Positions 36,181 to 50,800 of a DNA stretch of 64,000 nucleotides are shown here, piece by piece. Position numbers and translations under genes: made by a program. The DNA is from the human T2T-CHM13v2.0 reference genome, Homo sapiens. The notes beneath the pieces are model-generated. The model was not told the DNA's origin, made no database searches, and saw only the letters and a program-made list of their open reading frames with translations. The stretch lies in the NCBI RefSeq assembly GCF_009914755.1, contig NC_060929.1, one strand, 5' to 3'. Each line of letters starts with the position of its first letter. The first letter of the stretch is position 1.

Positions 36181-38898
36181 GAATTCCCAGTAACTTCCTT
36201 GTGTTGTGTACATTCAACTCACAGAGTTGAACGTTTCCTTAGACAGAGCAGATTTGAAACACTCTTTTTGTGCAATTGGCAAGTGGAGATTTCAAGCGCT
36301 TTAAGGTCAATGGCAGAAAAGGAAATATCTTCGTTTCAAAACTAGACAGAATCATTCCCACAAACTGCGTTGTGATGTGTTCGTTCATCTCACAGAGTTT
36401 AACCTTTCTTTTCATAGAGCAGTTAGGAAACAGTCTGTTTGTAAATTCTGTAAGTGGATATTCTGACATCTTGTGGCCTTCGTTGGAAACGGGATTTCTT
36501 CATATTCTGCTAGACAGAAGAATTCTCAGAATCTTCCTTGTGTTGTGTGTATTCAACTCACAGAGTTGAACGATGGTTTACACAGAGCAGATTTGAAACA
36601 CTCTTTTTGTGGAATTTGCAAGTGGAGATTTCAGCCGCTTTGAGGTCCATGGTAGAAAAGGAAATATCTTCGTATAAAAACTAGACAGAATGATTCTCAG
36701 AAACTTCTTTGTGATGTGTGCGTTCAACTCACAGAGCTTAACCTTTCTTTTCATAGAGCAGTTAGGAAACACTCTGTTTGTAAACTCTGCAAGTGGATAT
36801 TCAGACCTCTTTGAGGCCTTCGTTGGAAACGGGATTTCTTCATACTGTGCTAGACAGAAGAATTCTCAGTAACTTCCTTGTGTTGTGTGTATTCAACTCA
36901 CAGAGTTGACCGATCCTTTACACAGAGCAGACTTGTAACACTCTTTTTGTGGAATTTGCAAGTGGAGATTTCAGCCGCTTTGAAGTCAAAGGTAGAAAAG
37001 GGAATATCTTCCTATAAAAAGTAGACAGAATGATTCTCAGAAACTCCTTTGTGATGTGTGCGTTCAACTCACAGAGTTTAACCTTTCTTTTCATAGAGCA
37101 GTTAGGAAACACTCTGTTTCTAAAGTCTGCAAGTGGATATTCAGACCTCTTTGAGGCCTTCGTTGGAAACGGGTTTTTTTCATATAAGGCTAGACAGAAG
37201 AATTCCCAGTAACTTCCTTGTGTTGTGTGTGTTCAACTCACAGAGTTGAACTTTCATTTACACAGAGCAGATTTGAAACACTCTTTTTGTGGAATTTGCA
37301 AGTGGAGATTTCAAGCGCTTTGAGGCCAAAGGCAGAAAAGGAAATATCTTCGTATAAAAACTCGACAGAATCATTCTCAGAAACTGCTCTACGATGTGTG
37401 CGTTCAACTCTCAGAGTTTAACTTTTCTTCTCATTCAGCAGTTTGGAAACACTCTGTTTGTAAAGTCTGCACGTGGATAATTTGACCACTTAGAGGCCTT
37501 CGTTGGAAACGGGTTTTTTTCATGTAAGGCTAGACAGAGGAATTCTCAGTAACTTCCTTGTGTTGTGTGTATTCAACTCACAGAGTTGAACGATCCTTTA
37601 CACAGAGCAGACTTGTAACACTCTTTTTGTGGAATTTGCAAGTGGAGATTTCAGCCGCTTTGAAGTCAAAGGTAGAAAAGGAAATATCTTCCTATAAAAA
37701 CTAGACAGAATGATTCTCAGAAACTCCTTTGTGATGTGTGTGTTCAACTCACAGAGTTTAACCTTTCTTTTCATAGAGCAGTTAGGAATCACTCTGTTTG
37801 TAAAGTCTGCAAGTGGATATTCAGACCTCTTTGAGGCCTTCGTTGGAAACGGGTTTTTTTCATATAAGGCTAGACAGAAGAATTCCCAGTAACTTCCTTG
37901 TGTTGTGTGTGTTCAACTCACAGAGTTGAACTTTCATTTACACAGAGCAGATTTGAAACACTCTTTTTGTGGAATTTGCAAATGGAGATTTCAAGCGCTT
38001 TGAGGCCAAAGGCAGAAAAGGAAATATCTTCGTATAAAAACTAGACAGAATCATTCTCAGAAACTGCTCTGCGATGTGTGCGTTCAACTCTCAGAGTTTA
38101 ACTTTGCTTTTCATTCAGCAGTTTGGAAACACTCTGTTTGTAAAGTCTGCACGTGGATAATTTGACCACTTAGAGGCCTTCGTTGGAAACGGGTTTTTTT
38201 CATGTAAGGCTAGACAGAAGAATTCTCAGAATCTTCCTTGTGTTGTGTGTATTCAACTCACACAGTTGAACGATCCTTTACACAGAGCAGACTTGTAACA
38301 CTCTTTTTGTGGAATTTGCAAGTGGAGATTTCAGCCGCTTTGAAGTCAAAGTAGAAAAGGAAATATCTTCCTATAAAAACTAGACAGAATGATTCTCAGA
38401 AACTCCTTTGTGATGTGTGCGTTCAACTCACAGAGTTTAACCTTTCTTTTCATAGAGCAGTTAGGAAACACTCTGTTTGTAAAGTCTCCAAGTGGATATT
38501 CAGACCTCTTTGAGGCCTTCGTTGGAAACGGGTTTTTTTCATATAAGGCTAGACAGAAGAATTCCCAGTAACTTCCTTGTGTTGTGTGTGTTCAACTCAC
38601 AGAGTTGAACTTTGATTTACACAGAGCAGATTTGAAACACTCTTTTTGTGGAATTTGCAAGTGGAGATTTCAAGCGCTTTGAGGCCAAAGGCAGAAAAGG
38701 AAATATCTTCGTATAAAAACTAGACAGAATCATTCTCAGAAACTGCTCTGCGATGTGTGCGTTCAACTCTCAGAGTTTAACTTTTCTTTTCATTCAGCAG
38801 TTTGGAAACACTCTGTTTGTAAAGTCTGCACGTGGATATTTTGACCACTTAGAGGCCTTCGTTGGAAACGGGTTTTTTTCCTGTAAGGCTAGACAGAA
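36181..38898 (+). repeat. 16-mer HOR variant lacking dimer E: C-D-(A-B)x3
   Basis: Spacing is 2718 bp. D is followed directly by an A-type dimer (CTTGTAAC, GAAGTC, CCTATA) instead of the CCGCGTTGAGG-bearing E dimer. Confidence 0.85.
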
Positions 38899-41800
38899 GA
38901 ATTCCCAGTAACTTCCTTGTGTTGTGTACATTCAACTCACAGAGTTGAACGTTCCCTTAGACAGAGCAGATTTGAAACACTCTTTTTGTGCAATTGGCAA
39001 GTGGAGATTTCAAGCGCTTTAAGGTCAATGGCAGAAAAGGAAATATCTTCGTTTCAAAACTAGACAGAATCATTCCCACAAACTGCGTTGTGATGTGTTC
39101 GTTCATCTCACAGAGTTTAACCTTTCTTTTCGTAGAGCAGTTAGGAAACAGTCTGTTTGTAAATTCTGTAAGTGGATATTCTGACATCTTGTGGCCTTCG
39201 TTGGAAACGGGATTTCTTCATATTCTGCTAGACAGAAGAATTCTCAGAATCTTCCTTGTGTTGTGTGTATTCAACTCACACAGTTGAACGATTGTTTACA
39301 CAGAGCAGATTTGAAACACTCTTTCTGTGGAATTTGCAAGTGGAGATTTCAGCCGCTTTGAGGTCAATGGTAGAAAAGGAAATATCTTCGTATAAAAACT
39401 AGACAGAATGATTCTCAGAAACTTCTTTGTGATGTGTGCGTTCAACTCACAGAGTTTAACCTTTCTTTTCATGGAGCAGTTAGGAAACACTCTGTTTGTA
39501 AACTCTGCAAGTGGATATTCAGACCTCTTTGAGGCCTTCGTTGGAAACGGGATTTCTTCATACTGTGTAGACAGAAGAATTCTCAGTAACTTCCTTGTGT
39601 TGTGTGTATTCAACTCACAGAGTTGAACGATCCTTTACACAGAGCAGACTTGAAACACTCTTTTTGTGGAATTTGCATGTGGAGATTTCAGCCGCGTTGA
39701 GGTCAATGGTAGAAAAGGAAATATCTTCGTATAAAAACTAGACAGAATGATTCTCAGAAACTCCTTTGTGATGTGTGTGTTCAACTCACAGAGTTTAACA
39801 TTTCTTTTCATAGAGCAGTTAGGAAACACTCTGTTTGTAAAGTCTGCAAGTGGATATTCAGACCTCTTTGAGGCCTTCGTTGGAAACGGGTTTTTTTCAT
39901 ATAAGGCTAGACAGAAGAATTCCCAGTAACTTCCTTGTGTTGTGTGTGTTCAACTCACAGAGTTGAACTTTCATTTACACAGAGCAGATTTGAAACACTC
40001 TTTTTGTGGAATTTGCAAGTGGAGATTTCAAGCGCTTTGAGGCCAAAGGCAGAAAAGGAAATATCTTCGTATAAAAACTAGACAGAATCATTCTCAGAAA
40101 CTGCTCTGCGATGTGTGCCTTCAACTCTCAGAGTTTAACTTTTCTTTTCATTCAGCAGTTTGGAAACACTCTGTTTGTAAAGTCTGCACGTGGATAATTT
40201 GACCACTTAGAGGCCTTCGTTGGAAACGGGTTTTTTTCATGTAAGGCTAGACAGAAGAATTCTCAGTAACTTCCTTGTGTTGTGTGTATTCAACTCACAG
40301 AGTTGAACGATCCTTTACACAGAGCAGACTTGTAACACTCTTTTTGTGGAATTTGCAAGTGGAGATTTCAGCCGCTTTGAAGTCAAAGGTAGAAAAGGAA
40401 ATATCTTCCTATAAAAACTAGACAGAATGATTCTCAGAAACTCCTTTGTGATGTGTGCGTTCAACTCACAGAGTTTAACCTTTCTTTTCATAGAGCAGTT
40501 AGGAAACACTCTGCTTGTAAAGTCTGCAAGTGGATATTCAGCCCTCTTTGAGGCCATCGTTGGAAACGGGTTTTTTTCATATAAGGCTAGACAGAAGAAT
40601 TCCCAGTAACTTCCTTGTGTTGTGTGTGTTCAACTCACAGAGTTGAACTTTGATTTACACAGAGCAGATTTGAAACACTCTTTTTGTGGAATTTGCAAGT
40701 GGAGATTTCAAGCGCTTTGAGGCCAAAGGCAGAAAAGGAAATATCTTCGTATAAAAACTAGACAGAATCATTCTCAGAAACTGCTCTGTGATGTGTGCGT
40801 TCAGCTCTCAGAGTTTAACTTTTCTTTTCATTCAGCAGTTTGGAAACACTCTGTTTGTAAAGTCTGCACGTGGATATTTTGACCACTTAGAGGCCTTCGT
40901 TGGAAACGGGTTTTTTTCCTGTAAGGCTAGACAGAAGAATTCCCAGTAACTTCCTTGTGTTGTGTACATTCAACTCACAGAGTTGAACGTTCCCTTAGAC
41001 AGAGCAGATTTGAAACACTCTTTTTGTGCAATTGGCAAGTGGAGATTTCAAGCGCTTTGAGGTCAATGGCAGAAAAGGAAATATCTTCGTTTCAAAACTA
41101 GACAGAATCATTCCCACAAACTGCGTTGTGATGTGTTCGTTCATCTCACAGAGTTTAACCTTTCTTTTCGTAGAGCAGTTAGGAAACAGTCTGTTTGTAA
41201 ATTCTGTAAGTGGATATTCTGACATCTTGTGGCCTTCGTTGGAAACGGGATTTCTTCATATTCTGCTAGACAGAAGAATTCTCAGAATCTTCCTTGTGTT
41301 GTGTGTATTCAACTCACACAGTTGAACGATTGTTTACACAGAGCAGATTTGAAACACTCTTTTTGTGGAATTTGCAAGTGGAGATTTCAGCCGCTTTGAG
41401 GTCAATGGTAGAAAAGGAAATATCTTCGTATAAAAACTAGACAGAATGATTCTCAGAAACTTCTTTGTGATGTGTGCGTTCAACTCACAGAGTTTAACCT
41501 TTCTTTTCATAGAGCAGTTATGAAACACTCTGTTTGTAAACTCTGCAAGTGGATATTCAGACCTCTTTGAGGCCTTCGTTGGAAACGGGATTTCTTCATA
41601 CTGTGCTAGACAGAAGAATTCTCAGTAACTTCCTTGTGTTGTGTGTATTCAACTCACAGAGTTGAACGATCCTTTACACAGAGCAGACTTGAAACGCTCT
41701 TTTTGTGGAATTTGCAAGTGGAGATTTCAGCCGCGTTAAGGTCAATGGTAGAAAAGGAAATATCTTCGTATAAAAACTAGACAGAATGATTCTCAGAAAC

Positions 41801-44800
41801 TCCTTTGTGATGTGTGTGTTCAACTCACAGAGTTTAACCTTTCTTTTCATAGAGCAGTTAGGAATCACTCTGTTTGTAAAGTCTGCAAGTGGATATTCAG
41901 ACCTCTTTGAGGCCTTCGTTGGAAACGGGTTTTTTTCATATAAGGCTAGACAGAAGAATTCCCAGTAACTTCCTTGTGTTGTGTGTGTTCAACTCACAGA
42001 GTTGAACTTTCATTTACACAGAGCAGATTTGAAACACTCTTTTTGTGGAATTTGCAAATGGAGATTTCAAGCGCTTTGAGACCAAAGGCAGAAAAGGAAA
42101 TATCTTCGTATAAAAACTAGACAGAATCATTCTCAGAAACTGCTCTGCGATGTGTGCGTTCAACTCTCAGAGTTTAACTTTGCTTTTCATTCAGCAGTTT
42201 GGAAACACTCTGTTTGTAAAGTCTGCACGTGGATAATTTGACCACTTAGAGGCCTTCGTTGGAAACGGGTTTTTTTCATGTAAGGCTAGACAGAAGAATT
42301 CTCAGTAACTTCCTTGTGTTGTGTGTATTCAACTCACAGAGTTGAACGATCCTTTACACAGAGCAGACTTGTAACACTCTTTTTGTGGAATTTGCAAGTG
42401 GAGATTTCAGCCGCTTTGAAGTCAAAGGTAGAAAAGGAAATATCTTCCTATAAAAACTAGACAGAATGATTCTCAGAAACTCCTTTGTGATGTGTGCGTT
42501 CAACTCACAGAGTTTAACCTTTCTTTTCATAGAGCAGTTAGGAAACACTCTGTTTGTAAAGTCTCCAAGTGGATATTCAGACCTCTTTGAGGCCTTCGTT
42601 GGAAACGGGTTTTTTTCATATAAGGCTAGACAGAAGAATTCCCAGTAACTTCCTTGTGTTGTGTGTGTTCAACTCACAGAGTTGAACTTTGATTTACACA
42701 GAGCAGATTTGAAACACTCTTTTTGTGGAATTTGCAAGTGGAGATTTCAAGCGCTTTGAGGCCAAAGGCAGAAAAGGAAATATCTTCGTATAAAAACTAG
42801 ACAGAATCATTCTCAGAAACTGCTCTGCGATGTGTGCGTTCAACTCTCAGAGTTTAACTTTTCTTTTCATTCAGCAGTTTGGAAACACTCTGTTTGTAAA
42901 GTCTGCACGTGGATATTTTGACCACTTAGAGGCCTTCGTTGGAAACGGGTTTTTTTCCTGTAAGGCTAGACAGAAGAATTCCCAGTAACTTCCTTGTGTT
43001 GTGTACATTCAACTCACAGAGTTGAACGTTCCCTTAGACAGAGCAGATTTGAAACACTCTTTTTGTGCAATTGGCAAGTGGAGATTTCAAGCGCTTTAAG
43101 GTCAATGGCAGAAAAGGAAATATCTTCGTTTCAAAACTAGACAGAATCATTCCCACAAACTGCGTTGTGATGTGTTCGTTCATCTCACAGAGTTTAACCT
43201 TTCTTTTCGTAGAGCAGTTAGGAAACAGTCTGTTTGTAAATTCTGTAAGTGGATATTCTGACATCTTGTGGCCTTCGTTGGAAACGGGATTTCTTCATAT
43301 TCTGCTAGACAGAAGAATTCTCAGAATCTTCCTTGTGTTGTGTGTATTCAACTCACACAGTTGAACGATTGTTTACACAGAGCAGATTTGAAACACTCTT
43401 TTTGTGGAATTTGCAAGTGGAGATTTCAGCCGCTTTGAGGTCAATGGTAGAAAAGGAAATATCTTCGTATAAAAACTAGACAGAATGATTCTCAGAAACT
43501 TCTTTGTGATGTGTGCGTTCAACTCACAGAGTTTAACCTTTCTTTTCATAGAGCAGTTATGAAACACTCTGTTTGTAAACTCTGCAAGTGGATATTCAGA
43601 CCTCTTTGAGGCCTTCGTTGGAAACGGGATTTCTTCATACTGTGCTAGACAGAAGAATTCTCAGTAACTTCCTTGTGTTGTGTGTATTCAACTCACAGAG
43701 TTGAACGATCCTTTACACAGAGCAGACTTGAAACACTCTTTTTGTGGAATTTGCAAGTGGAGATTTCAGCCGCGTTGAGGTCAATGGTAGAAAAGGAAAT
43801 ATCTTCGTATAAAAACTAGACAGAATGATTCTCAGAAACTCCTTTGTGATGTGTGTGTTCAACTCACAGAGTTTAACATTTCTTTTCATAGAGCAGTTAG
43901 GAAACACTCTGTTTGTAAAGTCTGCAAGTGGATATTCAGACCTCTTTGAGGCCTTCGTTGGAAACGGGTTTTTTTCATATAAGGCTAGACAGAAGAATTC
44001 CCAGTAACTTCCTTGTGTTGTGTGTGTTCAACTCACAGAGTTGAACTTTCGTTTACACAGAGCAGATTTGAAACACTCTTTTTGTGGAATTTGCAAATGG
44101 AGATTTCAAGCGCTTTGAGGCCAAAGGCAGAAAAGGAAATATCTTCGTATAAAAACTAGACAGAATCATTCTCAGAAACTGCTCTGCGATGTGTGCGTTC
44201 AACTCTCAGAGTTTAACTTTTCTTTTCATTCAGCAGTTTGGAAACACTCTGTTTGTAAAGTCTGCACGTGGATAATTTGACCACTTAGAGGCCTTCGTTG
44301 GAAACGGGTTTTTTTCATGTAAGGCTAGACAGAAGAATTCTCAGTAACTTCCTTGTGTTGTGTGTATTCAACTCACACAGTTGAACGATCCTTTACACAG
44401 AGCAGACTTGTAACACTCTTTTTGTGGAATTTGCAAGTGGGGATTTCAGCCGCTTTGAAGTCAAAGGTAGAAAAGGAAATATCTTCCTATAAAAACTAGA
44501 CAGAATGATTCTCAGAAACTCCTTTGTGATGTGTGCTTTCAACTCACAGAGTTTAACCTTTCTTTTCATAGAGCAGTTAGGAAACACTCTGTTTGTAAAG
44601 TCTGCAAGTGGATATTCAGACCTCTTTGAGGCCTTCGTTGGAAACGGGTTTTTTTCATATAAGGCTAGACAGAAGAATTCCCAGTAACTTCCTTGTGTTG
44701 TGTGTGTTCAACTCACAGAGTTGAACTTTCATTTACACAGAGCAGATTTGAAACACTCTTTTTGTGGAATTTGCAAATGGAGATTTCAAGCGCTTTGAGG

Positions 44801-47800
44801 CCAAAGGCAGAAAAGGAAATATCTTCGTATAAAAACTAGACAGAATCATTCTCAGAAACTGCTCTGCGATGTGTGCGTTCAACTCTCAGAGTTTAACTTT
44901 GCTTTTCATTCAGCAGTTTGGAAACACTCTGTTTGTAAAGTCTGCACGTGGATAATTTGACCACTTAGAGGCCTTCGTTGGAAACGGGTTTTTTTCATGT
45001 AAGGCTAGACAGAAGAATTCTCAGTAACTTCCTTGTGTTGTGTGTATTCAACTCACACAGTTGAACGATCCTTTACACAGAGCAGACTTGTAACACTCTT
45101 TTTGTGGAATTTGCAAGTGGAGATTTCAGCCGCTTTGAAGTCAAAGGTAGAAAAGGAAATATCTTCCTATAAAAACTAGACAGAATGATTCTCAGAAACT
45201 CCTTTGTGATGTGTGCGTTCAACTCACAGAGTTTAACCTTTCTTTTCATAGAGCAGTTAGGAAACACTCTGTTTGTAAAGTCTCCAAGTGGATATTCAGA
45301 CCTCTTTGAGGCCTTCGTTGGAAACGGGTTTTTTTCATATAAGGCTAGACAGAAGAATTCCCAGTAACTTCCTTGTGTTGTGTGTGTTCAACTCACAGAG
45401 TTGAACTTTGATTTACACAGAGCAGATTTGAAACACTCTTTTTGTGGAATTTGCAAGTGGAGATTTCAAGCGCTTTGAGGCCAAAGGCAGAAAAGGAAAT
45501 ATCTTCGTATAAAAACTAGACAGAATCATTCTCAGAAACTGCTCTGCGATGTGTGCGTTCAACTCTCAGAGTTTAACTTTTCTTCTCATTCAGCAGTTTG
45601 GAAACACTCTGTTTGTAAAGTCTGCACGTGGATAATTTGACCACTTAGAGGCCTTCGTTGGAAACGGGTTTTTTTCATGTAAGGCTAGACAGAAGAATTC
45701 TCAGTAACTTCCTTGTGTTGTGTGTATTCAACTCACAGAGTTGAACGATCCTTTACACAGAGCAGACTTGTAACACTCTTTTTGTGGAATTTGCAAGTGG
45801 AGATTTCAGCCGCTTTGAAGTCAAAGGTAGAAAAGGAAATATCTTCCTATAAAAACTAGACAGAATGATTCTCAGAAACTCCTTTGTGATGTGTGTGTTC
45901 AACTCACAGAGTTTAACCTTTCTTTTCATAGAGCCGTTAGGAATCACTCTGTTTGTAAAGTCTGCAAGTGGATATTCAGACCTCTTTGAGGCCTTCGTTG
46001 GAAACGGGTTTTTTTCATATAAGGCTAGACAGAAGAATTCCCAGTAACTTCCTTGTGTTGTGTGTGTTCAACTCACAGAGTTGAACTTTCATTTACACAG
46101 AGCAGATTTGAAACACTCTTTTTGTGGAATTTGCAAATGGAGATTTCAAGCGCTTTGAGGCCAAAGGCAGAAAAGGAAATATCTTTGTATAAAAACTAGA
46201 CAGAATCATTCTCAGAAACTGCTCTGCGATGTGTGCGTTCAACTCTCAGAGTTTAACTTTGCTTTTCATTCAGCAGTTTGGAAACACTCTGTTTGTAAAG
46301 TCTGCACGTGGATAATTTGACCACTTAGAGGCCTTCGTTGGAAACGGGTTTTTTTCATGTAAGGCTAGACAGAAGAATTCTCAGTAACTTCCTTGTGTTG
46401 TGTGTATTCAACTCACACAGTTGAACGATCCTTTACACAGAGCAGACTTGTAACACTCTTTTTGTGGAATTTGAAAGTGGAGATTTCAGCCGCTTTGAAG
46501 TCAAAGGTAGAAAAGGAAATATCTTCCTATAAAAACTAGACAGAATGATTCTCAGAAACTCCTTTGTGATGTGTGTGTTCAACTCACAGAGTTTAACCTT
46601 TCTTTTCATAGAACAGTTAGGAATCACTCTGTTTGTAAAGTCTGCAAGTGGATATTCAGACCTCTTTGAGGCCTTCGTTGGAAACGGGTTTTTTTCATAT
46701 AAGGCTAGACAGAAGAATTCCCAGTAACTTCCTTGTGTTGTGTGTGTTCAACTCACAGAGTTGAACTTTCATTTACACAGAGCAGATTTGAAACACTCTT
46801 TTTGTGGAATTTGCAAATGGAGATTTCAAGCGCTTTGAGGCCAAAGGCAGAAAAGGAAATATCTTTGTATAAAAACTAGACAGAATCATTCTCAGAAACT
46901 GCTCTGCGATGTGTGCGTTCAACTCTCAGAGTTTAACTTTGCTTTTCATTCAGCAGTTTGGAAACACTCTGTTTGTAAAGTCTGCACGTGGATAATTTGA
47001 CCACTTAGAGGCCTTCGTTGGAAACGGGTTTTTTTCATGTAAGGCTAGACAGAAGAATTCTCAGTAACTTCCTTGTGTTGTGTGTATTCAACTCACACAG
47101 TTGAACGATCCTTTACACAGAGCAGACTTGTAACACTCTTTTTGTGGAATTTGCAAGTGGAGATTTCAGCCGCTTTGAAGTCAAAGGTAGAAAAGGAAAT
47201 ATCTTCCTATAAAAACTAGACAGAATGATTCTCAGAAACTCCTTTGTGATGTGTGCGTTCAACTCACAGAGTTTAACCTTTCTTTTCATAGAGCAGTTAG
47301 GAAACACTCTGTTTGTAAAGTCTCCAAGTGGATATTCAGACCTCTTTGAGGCCTTCGTTGGAAACGGGTTTTTTTCATATAAGGCTAGACAGAAGAATTC
47401 CCAGTAACTTCCTTGTGTTGTGTGTGTTCAACTCACAGAGTTGAACTTTGATTTACACAGAGCAGATTTGAAACACTCTTTTTGTGGAATTTGCAAGTGG
47501 AGATTTCAAGCGCTTTGAGGCCAAAGGCAGAAAAGGAAATATCTTCGTATAAAAACTAGACAGAATCATTCTCAGAAACTGCTCTGCGATGTGTGCGTTC
47601 AACTCTCAGAGTTTAACTTTTCTTTTCATTCAGCAGTTTGGAAACACTCTGTTTGTAAAGTCTGCACGTGGATATTTTGACCACTTAGAGGCCTTCGTTG
47701 GAAACGGGTTTTTTTCCTGTAAGGCTAGACAGAAGAATTCCCAGTAACTTCCTTGTGTTGTGTACATTCAACTCACAGAGTTGAACGTTCCCTTAGACAG

Positions 47801-50800
47801 AGCAGATTTGAAACACTCTTTTTGTGCAATTGGCAAGTGGAGATTTCAAGCGCTTTAAGGTCAATGGCAGAAAAGGAAATATCTTCGTTTCAAAACTAGA
47901 CAGAATCATTCCCACAAACTGCGTTGTGATGTGTTCGTTCATCTCACAGAGTTTAACCTTTCTTTTCGTAGAGCAGTTAGGAAACAGTCTGTTTGTAAAT
48001 TCTGTAAGTGGATATTCTGACATCTTGTGGCCTTCGTTGGAAACGGGATTTCTTCATATTCTGCTAGACAGAAGAATTCTCAGAATCTTCCTTGTGTTGT
48101 GTGTATTCAACTCACACAGTTGAACGATTGTTTACACAGAGCAGATTTGAAACACTCTTTCTGTGGAATTTGCAAGTGGAGATTTCAGCCGCTTTGAGGT
48201 CAATGGTAGAAAAGGAAATATCTTCGTATAAAAACTAGACAGAATGATTCTCAGAAACTTCTTTGTGATGTGTGCGTTCAACTCACAGAGTTTAACCTTT
48301 CTTTTCATGGAGCAGTTAGGAAACACTCTGTTTGTAAACTCTGCAAGTGGATATTCAGACCTCTTTGAGGCCTTCGTTGGAAACGGGATTTCTTCATACT
48401 GTGTAGACAGAAGAATTCTCAGTAACTTCCTTGTGTTGTGTGTATTCAACTCACAGAGTTGAACGATCCTTTACACAGAGCAGACTTGAAACACTCTTTT
48501 TGTGGAATTTGCATGTGGAGATTTCAGCCGCGTTGAGGTCAATGGTAGAAAAGGAAATATCTTCGTATAAAAACTAGACAGAATGATTCTCAGAAACTCC
48601 TTTGTGATGTGTGTGTTCAACTCACAGAGTTTAACATTTCTTTTCATAGAGCAGTTAGGAAACACTCTGTTTGTAAAGTCTGCAAGTGGATATTCAGACC
48701 TCTTTGAGGCCTTCGTTGGAAACGGGTTTTTTTCATATAAGGCTAGACAGAAGAATTCCCAGTAACTTCCTTGTGTTGTGTGTGTTCAACTCACAGAGTT
48801 GAACTTTCATTTACACAGAGCAGATTTGAAACACTCTTTTTGTGGAATTTGCAAGTGGAGATTTCAAGCGCTTTGAGGCCAAAGGCAGAAAAGGAAATAT
48901 CTTCGTATAAAAACTAGACAGAATCATTCTCAGAAACTGCTCTGCGATGTGTGCCTTCAACTCTCAGAGTTTAACTTTTCTTTTCATTCAGCAGTTTGGA
49001 AACACTCTGTTTGTAAAGTCTGCACGTGGATAATTTGACCACTTAGAGGCCTTCGTTGGAAACGGGTTTTTTTCATGTAAGGCTAGACAGAAGAATTCTC
49101 AGTAACTTCCTTGTGTTGTGTGTATTCAACTCACAGAGTTGAACGATCCTTTACACAGAGCAGACTTGTAACACTCTTTTTGTGGAATTTGCAAGTGGAG
49201 ATTTCAGCCGCTTTGAAGTCAAAGGTAGAAAAGGAAATATCTTCCTATAAAAACTAGACAGAATGATTCTCAGAAACTCCTTTGTGATGTGTGCGTTCAA
49301 CTCACAGAGTTTAACCTTTCTTTTCATAGAGCAGTTAGGAAACACTCTGCTTGTAAAGTCTGCAAGTGGATATTCAGCCCTCTTTGAGGCCATCGTTGGA
49401 AACGGGTTTTTTTCATATAAGGCTAGACAGAAGAATTCCCAGTAACTTCCTTGTGTTGTGTGTGTTCAACTCACAGAGTTGAACTTTGATTTACACAGAG
49501 CAGATTTGAAACACTCTTTTTGTGGAATTTGCAAGTGGAGATTTCAAGCGCTTTGAGGCCAAAGGCAGAAAAGGAAATATCTTCGTATAAAAACTAGACA
49601 GAATCATTCTCAGAAACTGCTCTGTGATGTGTGCGTTCAGCTCTCAGAGTTTAACTTTTCTTTTCATTCAGCAGTTTGGAAACACTCTGTTTGTAAAGTC
49701 TGCACGTGGATATTTTGACCACTTAGAGGCCTTCGTTGGAAACGGGTTTTTTTCCTGTAAGGCTAGACAGAAGAATTCCCAGTAACTTCCTTGTGTTGTG
49801 TACATTCAACTCACAGAGTTGAACGTTCCCTTAGACAGAGCAGATTTGAAACACTCTTTTTGTGCAATTGGCAAGTGGAGATTTCAAGCGCTTTGAGGTC
49901 AATGGCAGAAAAGGAAATATCTTCGTTTCAAAACTAGACAGAATCATTCCCACAAACTGCGTTGTGATGTGTTCGTTCATCTCACAGAGTTTAACCTTTC
50001 TTTTCGTAGAGCAGTTAGGAAACAGTCTGTTTGTAAATTCTGTAAGTGGATATTCTGACATCTTGTGGCCTTCGTTGGAAACGGGATTTCTTCATATTCT
50101 GCTAGACAGAAGAATTCTCAGAATCTTCCTTGTGTTGTGTGTATTCAACTCACACAGTTGAACGATTGTTTACACAGAGCAGATTTGAAACACTCTTTTT
50201 GTGGAATTTGCAAGTGGAGATTTCAGCCGCTTTGAGGTCAATGGTAGAAAAGGAAATATCTTCGTATAAAAACTAGACAGAATGATTCTCAGAAACTTCT
50301 TTGTGATGTGTGCGTTCAACTCACAGAGTTTAACCTTTCTTTTCATAGAGCAGTTATGAAACACTCTGTTTGTAAACTCTGCAAGTGGATATTCAGACCT
50401 CTTTGAGGCCTTCGTTGGAAACGGGATTTCTTCATACTGTGCTAGACAGAAGAATTCTCAGTAACTTCCTTGTGTTGTGTGTATTCAACTCACAGAGTTG
50501 AACGATCCTTTACACAGAGCAGACTTGAAACGCTCTTTTTGTGGAATTTGCAAGTGGAGATTTCAGCCGCGTTAAGGTCAATGGTAGAAAAGGAAATATC
50601 TTCGTATAAAAACTAGACAGAATGATTCTCAGAAACTCCTTTGTGATGTGTGTGTTCAACTCACAGAGTTTAACCTTTCTTTTCATAGAGCAGTTAGGAA
50701 TCACTCTGTTTGTAAAGTCTGCAAGTGGATATTCAGACCTCTTTGAGGCCTTCGTTGGAAACGGGTTTTTTTCATATAAGGCTAGACAGAAGAATTCCCA

